A DNA stretch of 64,000 nt. It comes from Rebecca billardiae RCC1528. Taxonomy: Eukaryota > Protista > Haptophyta. Of the stretch, positions 21,896 through 32,954 are shown piece after piece. Each line of letters starts with the position of its first letter. The first letter of the stretch is position 1. The stretch lies in assembly GCA_965240325.2 (NCBI GenBank), contig OZ251222.1, positions 1,116,001-1,180,000 of the forward strand, given 5' to 3'. Both the position numbers and the translations under genes were made by a program. The notes under the pieces were generated by a model. That model saw only the letters and a list, made by a program, of their open reading frames with translations, had not been told where the DNA came from and did not search any database.

Positions 21896-22015
21896 CTCCC
21901 TGCGGCGATGCGCGCGCTGATGCGAGTGCCGACTCAGAGTCTAGAATCTGAGTTGAGCTCTCCACGACTACTGCATCCGGTGGGCAGCCGACGCGGTGAC
22001 GACTGACTGCTGACG

Positions 22016-22239
<224 letters not shown>

Positions 22240-22461
22240 AATTGATGACTACGTCACTACGCGCCAAGTGACACCGCGTCACCAGGAGTCGTACAGCAGT
22301 TGGCGGGCGTCCTGAACTGATTGAATCCGAGTGAATGTTATTGCCTGCCTGCCAGCTGTACCGTATAGCTTGACTAGTACTAGTAGTGCGCGGCGATGAG
22401 ACACTCTAAGACATCTAGTCGAGTCGTCATTCTTAGAGTAGCGCGCAGCGCTATAAATAAG

Positions 22462-22751
22462 TGTTGTATTAATCCCGAATTTCCTACGTGCACGATTTCT
22501 TTTCTTCTCCAGGCGGTTGGCTCCAACCGTCCGGATGGTCGAAGTACCCGGTACTGCCTGCAGAGCTGCAGGCGAAAGCTGCGCTGCCAGTTACGTATGG
22601 CGGCCGTTTGCCGCCCACCGCTTTTTGCATCCGTTTCTGAGGACCGACACCGCCCGCTCGTCCGCACGGACGGCGCTGCTGACGACGTCCGCAGGGACAC
22701 TGTCATAAGCCCCTGCGTGACCGGGGAACTGGTAAGGCGGAATAAACATCA
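22462..22751 (+). repeat. 5' LTR (290 bp)
   Basis: tgttgtatt...aacatca; by eye it differs from the 3' LTR only by a 2-bp indel. Confidence 0.97.
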
Positions 22752-22786
22752 TGAGCTCACGCGTGTGAACCCACGTACCACCGGGC

Positions 22787-24772
22787 ATGGCCCACCCAAC
22801 CGGTCGCAGCGTCGCGGGTGTCGCGACGAACGCGCGGGCAATGATGCTCGCGTGCGGCGCGCTCTGCATCAAGCAGCCGAGTGAAAGCGCGCAGACGAAC
22901 CAGATGCCCACGCACGGCGTGGTGTACGAGTTCGGTGACTACCAGAAGGACATCCGTTACGCAACCTCGAATGTCCTCCGCCTGCAGGGCGGCTGCGCGC
23001 GCGGTACGAACCGCGCGAGCATTGACGTGCCCGCGTGTGGCACTTGCGGTGACGACACCGCGGCGGGGGCCTGGATGGCCCTCGTGATCGACAACGTCGA
23101 GCACGAGCTCGATGATGATGGGAATGGAGACGATCCATACCCTTCACGGCATCCGCTGAGGCCGATGCTGCGAGCGCCCCGACCATCCTCACGAGAGGAC
23201 AGCTGGACGGTGCGCGAGGTGCTGCTCGATGACGGGCAGCAGCAGGTGATACACTCAAAGGACGTGTACATCATTGAAGAACGGTCGCTGGTCGAGGGGA
23301 GGCACACTCCATTCGCGGCCAGCGATGACAATGCCGAGCCCGAGACTGAGCTGGGGGACGCCGCTGACGGCGAGCTCACCGGCGAGGGCGACGAGCATTT
23401 TGAGATTGAGGACGGCGCTGCCGATGACGGCGGCGCGGCTGCTCATGACGACGGGGGCGCGGCGAGCGAAGCTGCGCAACCGAGCGCCGACGGCGATGAC
23501 GCCGGAGGCGATGACGACGCACGAGCTGGTGAGTCCGCGGCGCCCGAGCTGCCGCGCGACTACGACCCGATGCGACGAGACCGAGCGAGGCGGAGCAGAC
23601 CAGCCGCGCAGACGGTGCAGGCTGTTGTGAAGGCGCTCCCTGGCATGCGCCAGGCTGGGCGCGTGTGGTACCTACACTTGCGTAAGTGTTTGCTCGAACA
23701 TGGGTTCGAGCCGTGCCCGAGCGCGCCGTGCATCTACTCGAAGGCAGTCGATGGCGGCTATGTGTTCGTCGGTCACTTTGTCGACGATCTGCTGATGATG
23801 AACATCTCGAAGGACAAGAACGCGTTGGACGCCCTGATGACGGCGTTGCTGACGCACTACGAGATGCAGGGCGCGGACTGCCTGAGCAAGTTCCTTGGCG
23901 CCGAATTTGAGACCACGGTGGACGGACTTTTTACCCACCTGAACCAGTACATCGGTGATGTGTGCGAGCGCTTCCACCTGAGTGGAGAGCGCCACCCACC
24001 GACCCCCGAGTGCAGCGAGACGCGCGAGATCCCCCGCCCGCTGCAAGCCCTCCTGCTGCGCGCCGACCGCCAGCACTACCAGGAGATGACCGGTGCCCTC
24101 ATGTACTGCATGACGACGTGTCGCCCCGACATCGCACACGCCGTGAACATGCTGGCACGCCGGATGTCCAATCCCCGGCTCTACGACTTGACCGCCGCGA
24201 AGCGCACGCTCCGATACTTGCTCGGCACGCGTCGGCGCGGCATCCTCTTCCGGCACGCGACGCACGCACAACACCCTGATTTGGTGGCGTACGCGGACTC
24301 GGACTGGGCGAACGATCGTGAAGATCGACGTTCTACGACGGGATACCTTGTTATGTACAACGGGGTCCCGATCTCGTGGCACAGCGGACTGCAGAGCGTG
24401 GTCGCGTTGTCTACGTGCGAGGCAGAGTACATCGCGCTGAGCGAGTGCTGCCGCGAGGTGATCTACCTGCGCGACCTGGTCACGTTTTTGAACGAGCCGG
24501 TCGTGGAGCCCACGACGGTGATCTACGAGGATAACCAGGGCACGATCGATTTGACGAACAACCCGGTGCACCACAAGCGCACCAAGCACATTGACGTGAA
24601 GTACCATTTCACGCGGCGCGCGCAAGCCGACGGCGCCGTGCGGATCCAGAAGGTGCCGACCGACGACAACCGGTCCGACATCATGACCAAGGCTACCGCG
24701 ACGAGTACTTTTCTCAAGCACGTCGTGGCGATACTGCATGCTGTTCCACCACCTCCGCCGCCTTCGGCATGA
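22787..24772 (+). CDS. Truncated copia pol (C-terminal part of RT + RNase H)
   Basis: KALPGMRQAGRVW, FVDD, CRPDIAHAV, YADSDWA, STCEAEY, YEDNQG, KRTKHIDVKYHF; no gag, protease or integrase core motifs seen. Confidence 0.9.
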   Translation: MAHPTGRSVAGVATNARAMMLACGALCIKQPSESAQTNQMPTHGVVYEFGDYQKDIRYATSNVLRLQGGCARGTNRASIDVPACGTCGDDTAAGAWMALVIDNVEHELDDDGNGDDPYPSRHPLRPMLRAPRPSSREDSWTVREVLLDDGQQQVIHSKDVYIIEERSLVEGRHTPFAASDDNAEPETELGDAADGELTGEGDEHFEIEDGAADDGGAAAHDDGGAASEAAQPSADGDDAGGDDDARAGESAAPELPRDYDPMRRDRARRSRPAAQTVQAVVKALPGMRQAGRVWYLHLRKCLLEHGFEPCPSAPCIYSKAVDGGYVFVGHFVDDLLMMNISKDKNALDALMTALLTHYEMQGADCLSKFLGAEFETTVDGLFTHLNQYIGDVCERFHLSGERHPPTPECSETREIPRPLQALLLRADRQHYQEMTGALMYCMTTCRPDIAHAVNMLARRMSNPRLYDLTAAKRTLRYLLGTRRRGILFRHATHAQHPDLVAYADSDWANDREDRRSTTGYLVMYNGVPISWHSGLQSVVALSTCEAEYIALSECCREVIYLRDLVTFLNEPVVEPTTVIYEDNQGTIDLTNNPVHHKRTKHIDVKYHFTRRAQADGAVRIQKVPTDDNRSDIMTKATATSTFLKHVVAILHAVPPPPPPSA

Positions 24773-24785
24773 TGTCGAGGGGGGG

Positions 24786-25077
24786 TGTTGTATTAATCCC
24801 GAATTTCCTACGTGCACGATTTCTTTTCTTCTCCAGGCGGTTGGCTCCAACCGTCCGGATGGTCGAAGTACCCGGTACTGCCTGCAGAGCTGCAGGCGAA
24901 AGCTGCGCTGCCAGTTACGTATGGCGGCCGTTTGCCGCCCACCGCTTTTTGCATCCGTTTCTGAGGACCGACACCGCCCGCTCGTCCGCACGGACGGCGC
25001 TGCTGACGACGTCCGCAGGGACACTGTCCGATAAGCCCCTGCGTGACCGGGGAACTGGTAAGGCGGAATAAACATCA
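24786..25077 (+). repeat. 3' LTR (292 bp)
   Basis: Follows the polypurine tract; matches 22462-22751. Confidence 0.97.
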
Positions 25078-25085
25078 ATAAGTGA

Positions 25086-27220
25086 TGGCCCGCGGTGCAG
25101 GGCGGAGCGCGTAGCGTGGAGCCCCGCCGGGGGCCCTCACTACGTTGTCAAAAAGATCTTTTGATCAAAGAAAAGGGGATGGGGGACGATTTTGAGGGCT
25201 GTTGGAGGGTGAGTTTTCGACTTTTTGAGGGGGGGTATGCTGTCCATCACAGCTTAAAAGGCCGCGCCCGCTGCAATTCTTGTATCTACTATGGACGGAC
25301 GTGGGATCAGATACCCCGGGGGTGAAACAAGTGAGTATTCCTATCCCTCTTGTATGCTGAAGTACGAGTTTGCCGAGCGACGTTTGATTGTTTTGGGTCG
25401 AAAACAGCTATGAAGCCAGATTCTTTTGAATAGTGCTTGTTCAAATACGTTACCCGTCTGTCTCGATGGATGAACCGCCTCGTCATATTAAAAGAGATTC
25501 TTTTCAATGGCGCTTGTCCAACCAAGTTACCCGTCTGCCTCGATGGATGAACCTCCTCATAATATTGAAAGAGATTCTTTTGAATAGCGCTATTTAAAGC
25601 CAGTTACCCGCTTGCCTCGATGGATGAACCTCGTCCTGTACTCCTGTGCCATAAGCCCATAATGAAAGAGAGGCGCTTGTGAAAACAGGTTACCCGCCCG
25701 CCAGCGTTTGGATGCCGTGCAAAGGCGTGCGCGCCGCGCCGGTGCCCTCGCCCCGCGGTGGCGTGGGCTGGCTGGCTGCTGGTCTCGCCCACGCGCCCCA
25801 CTCGCCCCAAGCGCGCAACGCCTGCGGGAAGCGCCGGCACCATACCTAACTAACCTGCGCGTCGACGCCCGTCCCGCTGCCGCGGCCCGCGCCCTCGATC
25901 GATCGTCGATCGGACCGCGTGCGTGCGACTCCGTCCGCGCCCGCGCGCAGGGTGGGAGGGGCTGATGCAGGAGCAGATGCAGGACTACCTCGAAATTGCA
26001 CGCGACGAGGAGGTGCCCAGCGCGCACTTTACGCTGCGCGCATCATCGAGTGGTCGCCCAGCGAGCGCGGGCAGCCACCGCCGCCGGCTGACGGCGGGCG
26101 CAGCAGCGCAGCTGCCAGCTGCGGACGCGCAGCGGGCGCGGAGTGGAGGCCGGCGCGGCGGCCGGGCAGCGGCGGCCGGCGCGGCAGCACGCTCGTATAC
26201 ATCGCGGCAGCTACCGCCGTCGTGCGGGGAAAGCACACGCTCTCGGCGGCTTCCAAGATGCCGACGGGCCACGGCGTGCAGGCTGCGTGCGCGCTGCAGT
26301 GGCTGTGTCGAGCTGCTGCGGCGTGTGCTCGAGGCGCGGCGCTCGCACGGGCTACGCGGGCGCAGCGGGTGCGCGCAGCTGGCGCACGCAGTGCCACGTC
26401 CTGCGGCGCCAGTTTGGCGGCCGTCCGCCCCCCCGAGCTCGAGTTCTGCGCGCTTTGCGACGGCGCGGCCGGCCGCGCCCATCTGCCTGCTTGCTTGGGC
26501 ACGCCAGCATGGCCGCCGCCGGGCCTGCTACGCGCGCCGAAGCTGGAGGGCGGAGGAGGGCGCTGGGCTGCTCCTACGGCGTGCTGCAGCCCGGGCAGGC
26601 TCTACCGCGAGGCCGTCGCGCCTGCTCGCCGCCGTCGAGTCGCCCGTGCTGCGTGACCCTCGGCCGCACGTGCTCGGCGGCACCGCAGCAGGCGTCCCAT
26701 ACCACGGTATGCTCGAGCCGCTGTGCGCACCCAAGGCGCGAGCTGCTCGAGCGGGCCAGGTGGGCCCAGGGGGTGCGCGCAGCTGGCACACGCAGCCCCG
26801 CGTCATGGGGTGTCGGTTTGACGGTCGCCAGCCCCTGTGGGCTCGAGCGCTGTGCGCTTCACCACGGAGGTGCCGGCAGCGCCCCGCGGCGCGCAACGGC
26901 GGGGCAGCATGGCCGCCGCCGGCGCCGCCGCACATGCCGCCGCTTACGGGCAGTCGAGAGCTTGGGGCAGCACCTACGGCGCATGCTGCAGCTCGGGCGG
27001 GCTCTGCCAGCCTGCTGTGGCGTGATCGCGCATTTTCCAGACCGTCGACTCGCCCGCGCTGCATAATATTCCATTATTCGTTTGCCGCGCGTGCTCGACG
27101 GCGCTCCGCGCTGCTGCTGCCGCTACGGCCGCGCGTTGGACGGACAGCATATGCCGACGGAGGGTGCACCGCGGGCCCCTAACTACGTTGGTTCTATGGA
27201 AGGACCGCGGAACGCGGTCA
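25086..27220 (+). mobile_element. Family X non-autonomous element (left end tggcccgcggtgcagggcgg; right end gaccgcg-gaa-cgcggtca hairpin)
   Basis: Both end types recur at 45783, 59884, 61826, 61844, 63650 and 63654; contains ~78-bp degenerate tandem repeats at 25420-25700. Confidence 0.65.
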
Positions 27221-27378
27221 TATATATGTATGTCATTATTAAGGAAGTATAGCCCGCAGAGTTATGTAGCTTACCGGACCCGAGCGAGCTATAGTATTGA
27301 TGCTGCATTCGATCGTCAGCATGAATTTCAGTGATTTGGATGATGGTAGTACGTATGTAACTATAGTGCTCATCGTCA

Positions 27379-30300
27379 TTATGCGTCGAATGCTGGGAAA
27401 ATAGTGACGTTGCCAGAGCAGCAGCACCTGCAGCCGCCATTACAGACAATGTCTTTGAACTTGAGTACCGTGACGCACAAGGCGCTGCCCACACCCAATC
27501 CCCCAAGGGCAATGAGGACCCAGACCCACGCCTGCGCCCACCATCCGCTGCTGCTGCCAGTGTCGCCATCATCAAGAGCAGTCGTGTTGACCTCGTCATC
27601 ACCACCGTCGTCGTCATCATCACCAGCATCGTCTCCTGCTCCATCTTCACCTAAATCACTGCTGCCAGCAGCGCCAGCAGTGTGCCCTTCACCATCGACC
27701 ACTTGCTGCACAGCCGTCACCTCAAATGGTGTCAAGAGGAGGATGCCAGGAAGCCTCGAGTCCAGCTCTTGGAATAGCACGCCAGCCCTCGACTGCAGGA
27801 AGTCGGAGACATCTTCAGCGTTTGCCCAAGCGCCACCTGCACCAGGCTGCTGACGGATGACGATATTGAGGATGACGCTGCCTGCCTCCAAGGACATGAG
27901 GCTGACACGTGTGGTATTCGTCTCCAGATCAAGCCCAGAGAACATGGCATCATGTACAGCGTCCCAGCGCCGTTGCCCTTCCATAGTTCCTTGGTCCCAT
28001 AGATCAGGCGAGCCCTCAAGCACGACACGTAGGCCATAGCGCATTCCAGTGAAGGGAGGAGGACTTGGCGGGGGAGCTGGAGGGTGCGGAGGAGAGAATG
28101 GCGGAGGGAACGGCGGAGGTGGGCTGGGAGAGGGCGGAGGGGGCGAAGGATAAGGAGGAGGGGGCTGCACCGGCGGCTGGGAGGGTGGTGGCCTGGCTGG
28201 CGGCGGTGGCTGCGGCGGGTCTCGAATGCGTTGGCAGTCCTCAATGGCGCAGATGCACTCAGTGCCGAAAAGTAGCACTGTGCACAACGACGAGGAGTCG
28301 TCACCAGCCCCAGGTCCAGGCAGGTCGGGAGGCCGAAAGCGGTCGTACTCCCCGGCAGTGCATTGCGAAATCTCACATATGCAGGATTGTCCGTCGCCCA
28401 AGAAGCCACTGCATGCAGTGGGCGGAGGTGGTGATGGTGGCTGAGGAGGCGGTGAAGGTGGAGGGGCAAATGGGGGCGGGGTGGGGGGAGGGCTGGGAGG
28501 TGGCCTTGGTGGCATGGCAGGGGGCGGGCTCGGCGGTGGGAGGGGTGGAGGAGGCAGCAACGGCAGAGGTGGCGGTGACGGCGGCGGTGAAGGCGGTGGC
28601 GGAGATGGTGGTGGCAGGGGAGGGGGAAACGGCGGTGGCGCTGGAGGCAGACCTGGGGGCAGGCTGGGCAGCGGAGAAGGAGGAGGCAGAGGCGGGGGCC
28701 ATGGGGGTTGGTGTGGCGGAGGGCTCCAGATGTAGTAGCATTCTTGTGTGCGGCAGAGGCATACTCCAGGCTCACTCGGATGAGCAGCGATGCAAAGATC
28801 GTCGCCCAGGTTGCCAGCGTTGCACATGAGGTCTGGGCAGAAACACTCCGTTTCCGACACAAACGATTCGCAGCCCAAACGTGGTGGTGGCGGCGACAGA
28901 TTCCACGGGGTCGGCGGCGACGGCGGGGGCAGGGGCGGTGGTGGGCTGGGAGAAGGTGGCGGTGGCAGTGGAGACGGCGGCGGGTGCGGATCCGGAGGCG
29001 GCGGGGGCGTCGGAGGTGGTGGAGACGGTGCGGGCGGTGGGTGCCGTATGAGCTGGCAGTCCTCAGTCGAGCACACGCACAACGACGTCGAAATGAGCTG
29101 CAGGCACAAGCTTTCGGCAAGCCCAGAATAGCGGGGATACTCGCCTGCAGTGCATTGGGCGGGATGGCAGTAGCAGCGCTCCACCGTGTCGCTCAGATAC
29201 CCGCTGCAGGCCGTGGGAGGGGGGGGACTCGGCGGGAAAGGCGGCGGGCTGGGACTGGGTGGCGGCGATGGTGGCGGCGAGGGTGGCGGTGACGGCGGCT
29301 GGAGGGGCGGCGGGCTGGGCGGCGGGCGCGGAGGGGTCCAAGGCGGTGGCGATGGCGGTGGGCTGGGAGGAGGGTGTGGGGGGTTCGATGGCGGTGGTGA
29401 CGGGGGAGGCAATGGCGGGGGCGGGGGCAGTGGTGGTAGCATGGGCGGAAGAAACGGCGGGGGTGCTGGAGGTGAGCTGGGCGGCGGGCTCGGCGGTGGG
29501 GAGGGCGGGGGCACTGGAGGTGCGACTGGTGGAGGCGACGGTGGCGGCAACGGTGGCGAAGCGGGGGGGCGCGGGGGTGGCGGGCTGTGGATGTAGACGC
29601 ACGCCTCGCGTGGGCATGCGCACTGCTCATCGGCATTTGCATCCTCCGGCAAGATGCACAAACTGGAAGCGCTTGGCGACGTGTCGCCCGACGTGCACAT
29701 GGCAGAGGGGCATGTACACGTGTTGGAGTCAATCGGCTCGAGACATCCGGTTGGCGGCGGTGGCGCTGGATGAACGGGCGGCGGCAGATGCGGGGGGCTT
29801 GGTGGCGCTGGGGATGGCGGCGGCGAGGGTGACGGCGGTGGCGGGCTCGACGGGTTTGGAGAAGGAGGAGGGGCTTGGGGAGGGGGTGGAGGCGGAGGGT
29901 GCCAGATGGCCTGGCAGAAGACAGCAGGGCAAACGCAGAGTTGGCTGCCGTCCAAGGCAGGGAAGGGCTCGCCGTCACACAAGCTGCTTCCACCGCTGAC
30001 AAAGCGTTCGTAATCTCCGTCTGAGCATCGGCTCGTCGAGCACAGACACGAGCTCTCGTCGAGCGCTTCCACGCACGCCGTCGGCGGCGGCGGGCTTGGA
30101 GGTGTGGGCGGAGGGGTCGATGGTGGTGGGCTTGGTGGAGGTGAGGGCGGTGGCAGCGGGGGAGGAAATGGCGGCGGAAGGGGTGGCGGGGATGGAGGCG
30201 GCACCGGAGGAAGACTTGGCGGCGGTGAGGGTGGCGGTGACGGGGGTGGAGGGGACGGCGGTGGATGCGGTGGCGCGAATGGTGGCGGAGACGGCGGCGG

Positions 30301-30858
30301 GTACGGCGGAGGTAAAGGCGGCGGCGACGGAGGGGGTACAGGGGGCGGCTTGGGCGGGGGAGAAGGTGGAGGGGATGGCGGTGGCGCTGGCGGGGGCTTG
30401 GGCGGGTTGATTGGCGGTGGCGACGGAGGTGGGTACGGGGGTGGTGAAGGAGGAGGGGAAGGTGGCAGCGCCGGTGGCGGCGATGGCGGCGGAGCTGGTG
30501 GTGCTGATGGCGGCGGCGTCGGTGGCATGGCCGGTGGCGGAGACGGCGGTGGTGGAGGTCGAAACGGTGGCGGACTGGGGATGTATACGCAGTCCACACG
30601 CTCGCAGGAGCATGTGCCATCGGCGAAAGCCGTGCCACAGGAGTTGCACATCTCCACCGGGCACTGGCATTTCGCGCCCGGCAAGTCCTGGATGCAGCCA
30701 GAGCGAGGGACTGGGGTGGGTGGAGCCGGCGGCGACGAAGCAATAGCGCTCGCCGCAGCAAGGATCCCGCAGATGGCAAGGAGCCGCACGCTGTTTGCGC
30801 CCGCAGGCCGCGGCAGCCGCGGCCACATCACCAGCTTGATGCAAGGGCTCGGCCTCAT
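27379..30858 (-). CDS. Proline-rich (extensin/HRGP-like) single-pass surface protein with six Cys-rich modules
   Basis: ~1159 aa; hydrophobic signal-like segment, SPPP-rich spacers, repeated CxCx4C modules, acidic stalk, TM WAQAWVWVLIALGGLGVGSALCVTVL, Cys-rich tail. Confidence 0.8.
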   Translation of the reverse strand: MRPSPCIKLVMWPRLPRPAGANSVRLLAICGILAAASAIASSPPAPPTPVPRSGCIQDLPGAKCQCPVEMCNSCGTAFADGTCSCERVDCVYIPSPPPFRPPPPPSPPPAMPPTPPPSAPPAPPPSPPPALPPSPPPSPPPYPPPSPPPINPPKPPPAPPPSPPPSPPPKPPPVPPPSPPPLPPPYPPPSPPPFAPPHPPPSPPPPSPPPSPPPSLPPVPPPSPPPLPPPFPPPLPPPSPPPSPPPSTPPPTPPSPPPPTACVEALDESSCLCSTSRCSDGDYERFVSGGSSLCDGEPFPALDGSQLCVCPAVFCQAIWHPPPPPPPQAPPPSPNPSSPPPPSPSPPPSPAPPSPPHLPPPVHPAPPPPTGCLEPIDSNTCTCPSAMCTSGDTSPSASSLCILPEDANADEQCACPREACVYIHSPPPPRPPASPPLPPPSPPPVAPPVPPPSPPPSPPPSSPPAPPPFLPPMLPPLPPPPPLPPPSPPPSNPPHPPPSPPPSPPPWTPPRPPPSPPPLQPPSPPPSPPPSPPPSPSPPPFPPSPPPPTACSGYLSDTVERCYCHPAQCTAGEYPRYSGLAESLCLQLISTSLCVCSTEDCQLIRHPPPAPSPPPPTPPPPPDPHPPPSPLPPPPSPSPPPPLPPPSPPTPWNLSPPPPRLGCESFVSETECFCPDLMCNAGNLGDDLCIAAHPSEPGVCLCRTQECYYIWSPPPHQPPWPPPLPPPSPLPSLPPGLPPAPPPFPPPLPPPSPPPPSPPPSPPPLPLLPPPPLPPPSPPPAMPPRPPPSPPPTPPPFAPPPSPPPQPPSPPPPTACSGFLGDGQSCICEISQCTAGEYDRFRPPDLPGPGAGDDSSSLCTVLLFGTECICAIEDCQRIRDPPQPPPPARPPPSQPPVQPPPPYPSPPPPSPSPPPPFPPPFSPPHPPAPPPSPPPFTGMRYGLRVVLEGSPDLWDQGTMEGQRRWDAVHDAMFSGLDLETNTTRVSLMSLEAGSVILNIVIRQQPGAGGAWANAEDVSDFLQSRAGVLFQELDSRLPGILLLTPFEVTAVQQVVDGEGHTAGAAGSSDLGEDGAGDDAGDDDDDGGDDEVNTTALDDGDTGSSSGWWAQAWVWVLIALGGLGVGSALCVTVLKFKDIVCNGGCRCCCSGNVTIFPAFDA

Positions 30859-31087
30859 CACGTCGAGAATCGAGACGTTGTAACCGCGCGGTTGTTCCCG
30901 GGCGTTTTAGTCAGCAAAGTCGTTCTCACGTGGAATCACAATACCCCCATCCAGAACATTCTCGAGGAGCAGCGTGGCTCCAGCAGGAGCCCGCGAAATG
31001 CGGTACAAATACAAAATAGCTAATTAGTCATTACCAAGGCCTCCCTTGTAATTACAATAGCTAACTCACTTAAACCAACAATATGAT

Positions 31088-31190
31088 ACTCATTCTATGA
31101 TTTAACGACACAGGTAGGACGACGCGGGTCTTCTGATTCGTCGGCGGCAGTGCCCGATCGTCGACACGAAGTCGGCGTTGGTGGCAGAGG
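31088..31190 (+). mobile_element. Family Y terminus
   Basis: actcattctatgatttaacgacacagg...gtggcagag nearly identical to 49927-50028. Confidence 0.7.
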
Positions 31191-32190
31191 CCAGAGCACT
31201 GTTTTGCAATGTAATATTCAGAAATAAGGCTTTCTTTCATCAGCGAATCCGGCTTTCACGTTTCAAACAGCTCGCGTGTATCATATATATATATTGTTTC
31301 CAGGTGCATCTACCAACTAGGATTAGCGAAACCCGTCATCAAATCAACATCCGCCGGGCCGGCGCCGCCCGGCCGCCACGGCCATCCGCCGCGAGGCGCT
31401 GCCCGCTGCCGCGCCGCCGCGGTCGTAGACGTGCACGCGGCGATGGCGCACGCGGTCGGGCAGAGGCGCAGCACCACTCTGCACCGCCCTGCGCCGCGCG
31501 ACTCGCGTCTGACCATCTTCTCCGCGCCTTGAGCCCGTACGGACGTGTGCGCCGCCTCTCGCTTCAGCCGTGCTGTCGTCCCCGCAAAGAAATGTATGCG
31601 CGCGCTGAGCGCAATTCGAGGCGCGCATCCCAGGAAGGCGTGAGCCAGGTTACAGTACGGGCGTAGACGCGCGCCATGGTGCCCAGCGGCTTCACGCGCG
31701 TGCGTGCCTGTCCGCTGCCTCGGCAGGCAAGGCGCCCATGTCTCTAGCTGAATGTGGCGGAGGCGCAAGCTCGCGCTCGCGCGGGCCTCAAGCTGACAGT
31801 CGAGGTGCGAGGGCGCAACGCGCTGCACCCCGCGCAAGCTACAGTAGTTCACCGCCTCGCTACCGTCCCGCTGCGTCCCATCGGAAGCTCTACTGGACAT
31901 CGCGCGGCCTCGCCCTGGCGCCTGGCGGCGGTACGCGAGAGCGAGGTGGCGGTGGTGGTGGCATTCAACTGAGTCCGGGGAGCGCCGCCCCGGCGCCCCA
32001 GCGTGAGGCGAGACGAGGTGTCGAGTGGCAACATGCGGCTGGGGATGTCTTTGTTGGTGCACGGAACGCCAAACTACGGCTCCACAGTCAGGAGTGTATA
32101 CGCGTTCGCGCGCCAGAGCCCGCGAGAGGGCGCGGGGTCAAATTCTCCCGGTCCCCATAGTCCAGTTCTGCCTGGCTGCTCTGCGCAATT

Positions 32191-32834
32191 TCTTGCAGAG
32201 CTGGCCATGCCCCGGGCGGAGGCGGTCGCGCGGCTGCAGCGGGCGGGACTGCGCCGTGGAACGCCGTGTTACGATCTGCTGGGCGCCTGGGCATGGCCCT
32301 GGCGCTCGGCGCACCCGCGAGCGCGCTCCTCGAGCGCATCGAGCTGCCAGCCACAGAAGGCGCGACGCGCTCAGGCGAGGCGGAAAGAACAGCGCCCGAC
32401 TCGGCCGCGGCGGCGGCGGGGGCGCAGCCGAGCCGCAGCCAGCCGCCGCTGTGCCGGCTGTATTCGGCCGTGCTCGCAGCTGATGGGGCGGACGGCGACG
32501 CGGCGGACTCGTCGGCCATGGATCGCCCTGCAGATGTCGCGCTGCAAGCGGCGCTGGCAGCGATGCTCAGCGCATCGCCGAGCGCAGACAGCGTGCAAAC
32601 GACAACATGTGAGCCGGGTGGTGTGTCGGACACAGCCAGAATCGCCGGCGGCTCCGCCGAGTCTGACGCAGCTGAAGCTCACGCAGCCTCGCCAGCACCA
32701 CGGTCCAAGAGGCGTCGCGTGTCAGATCATTGACCCTGCGGTGATGCACTGATGCGTGCGACTCAGAGTCTAGGTAGTCGTCAGCTCTCCACTGCAACCG
32801 ACGAACCGTGTCAGCCGACGCGGTGACGACTGAC
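32191..32834 (+). pseudogene. Duplicated 3' end of the 20366-21895 gene plus its downstream flank
   Basis: Matches 21367-~22007; ~8-bp frameshifting insertion near 32281 and a 6-bp in-frame indel. Confidence 0.85.
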
Positions 32835-32954
32835 GCCTTGATGAGAGTGACGACCGCCATCATCTCAGTGCGCGACCTGTGTCGACGTCGATCAAGCAGC
32901 GGATTCGTCGTCCCAGCCCGGAGCGGACCGGGCCACGGCGCTCACGCATCGGCG

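Larger units (their letters stand above)
22462..25077 (+). mobile_element. Internally deleted Ty1/copia LTR retrotransposon (2.6 kb)
   Basis: TG...CA LTRs at 22462-22751 and 24786-25077; 5-bp TSD ATAAG (22457-22461, 25078-25082); polypurine tract at 24777-24785. Confidence 0.97.

Noticed and set aside
32808-32954. Upstream starts for queA-queH (32808 GTG, 32841 ATG)
   Set aside because: They lie in or at the edge of the duplicated flank; ATG 32955 gives a coherent presequence. Not fully excluded.
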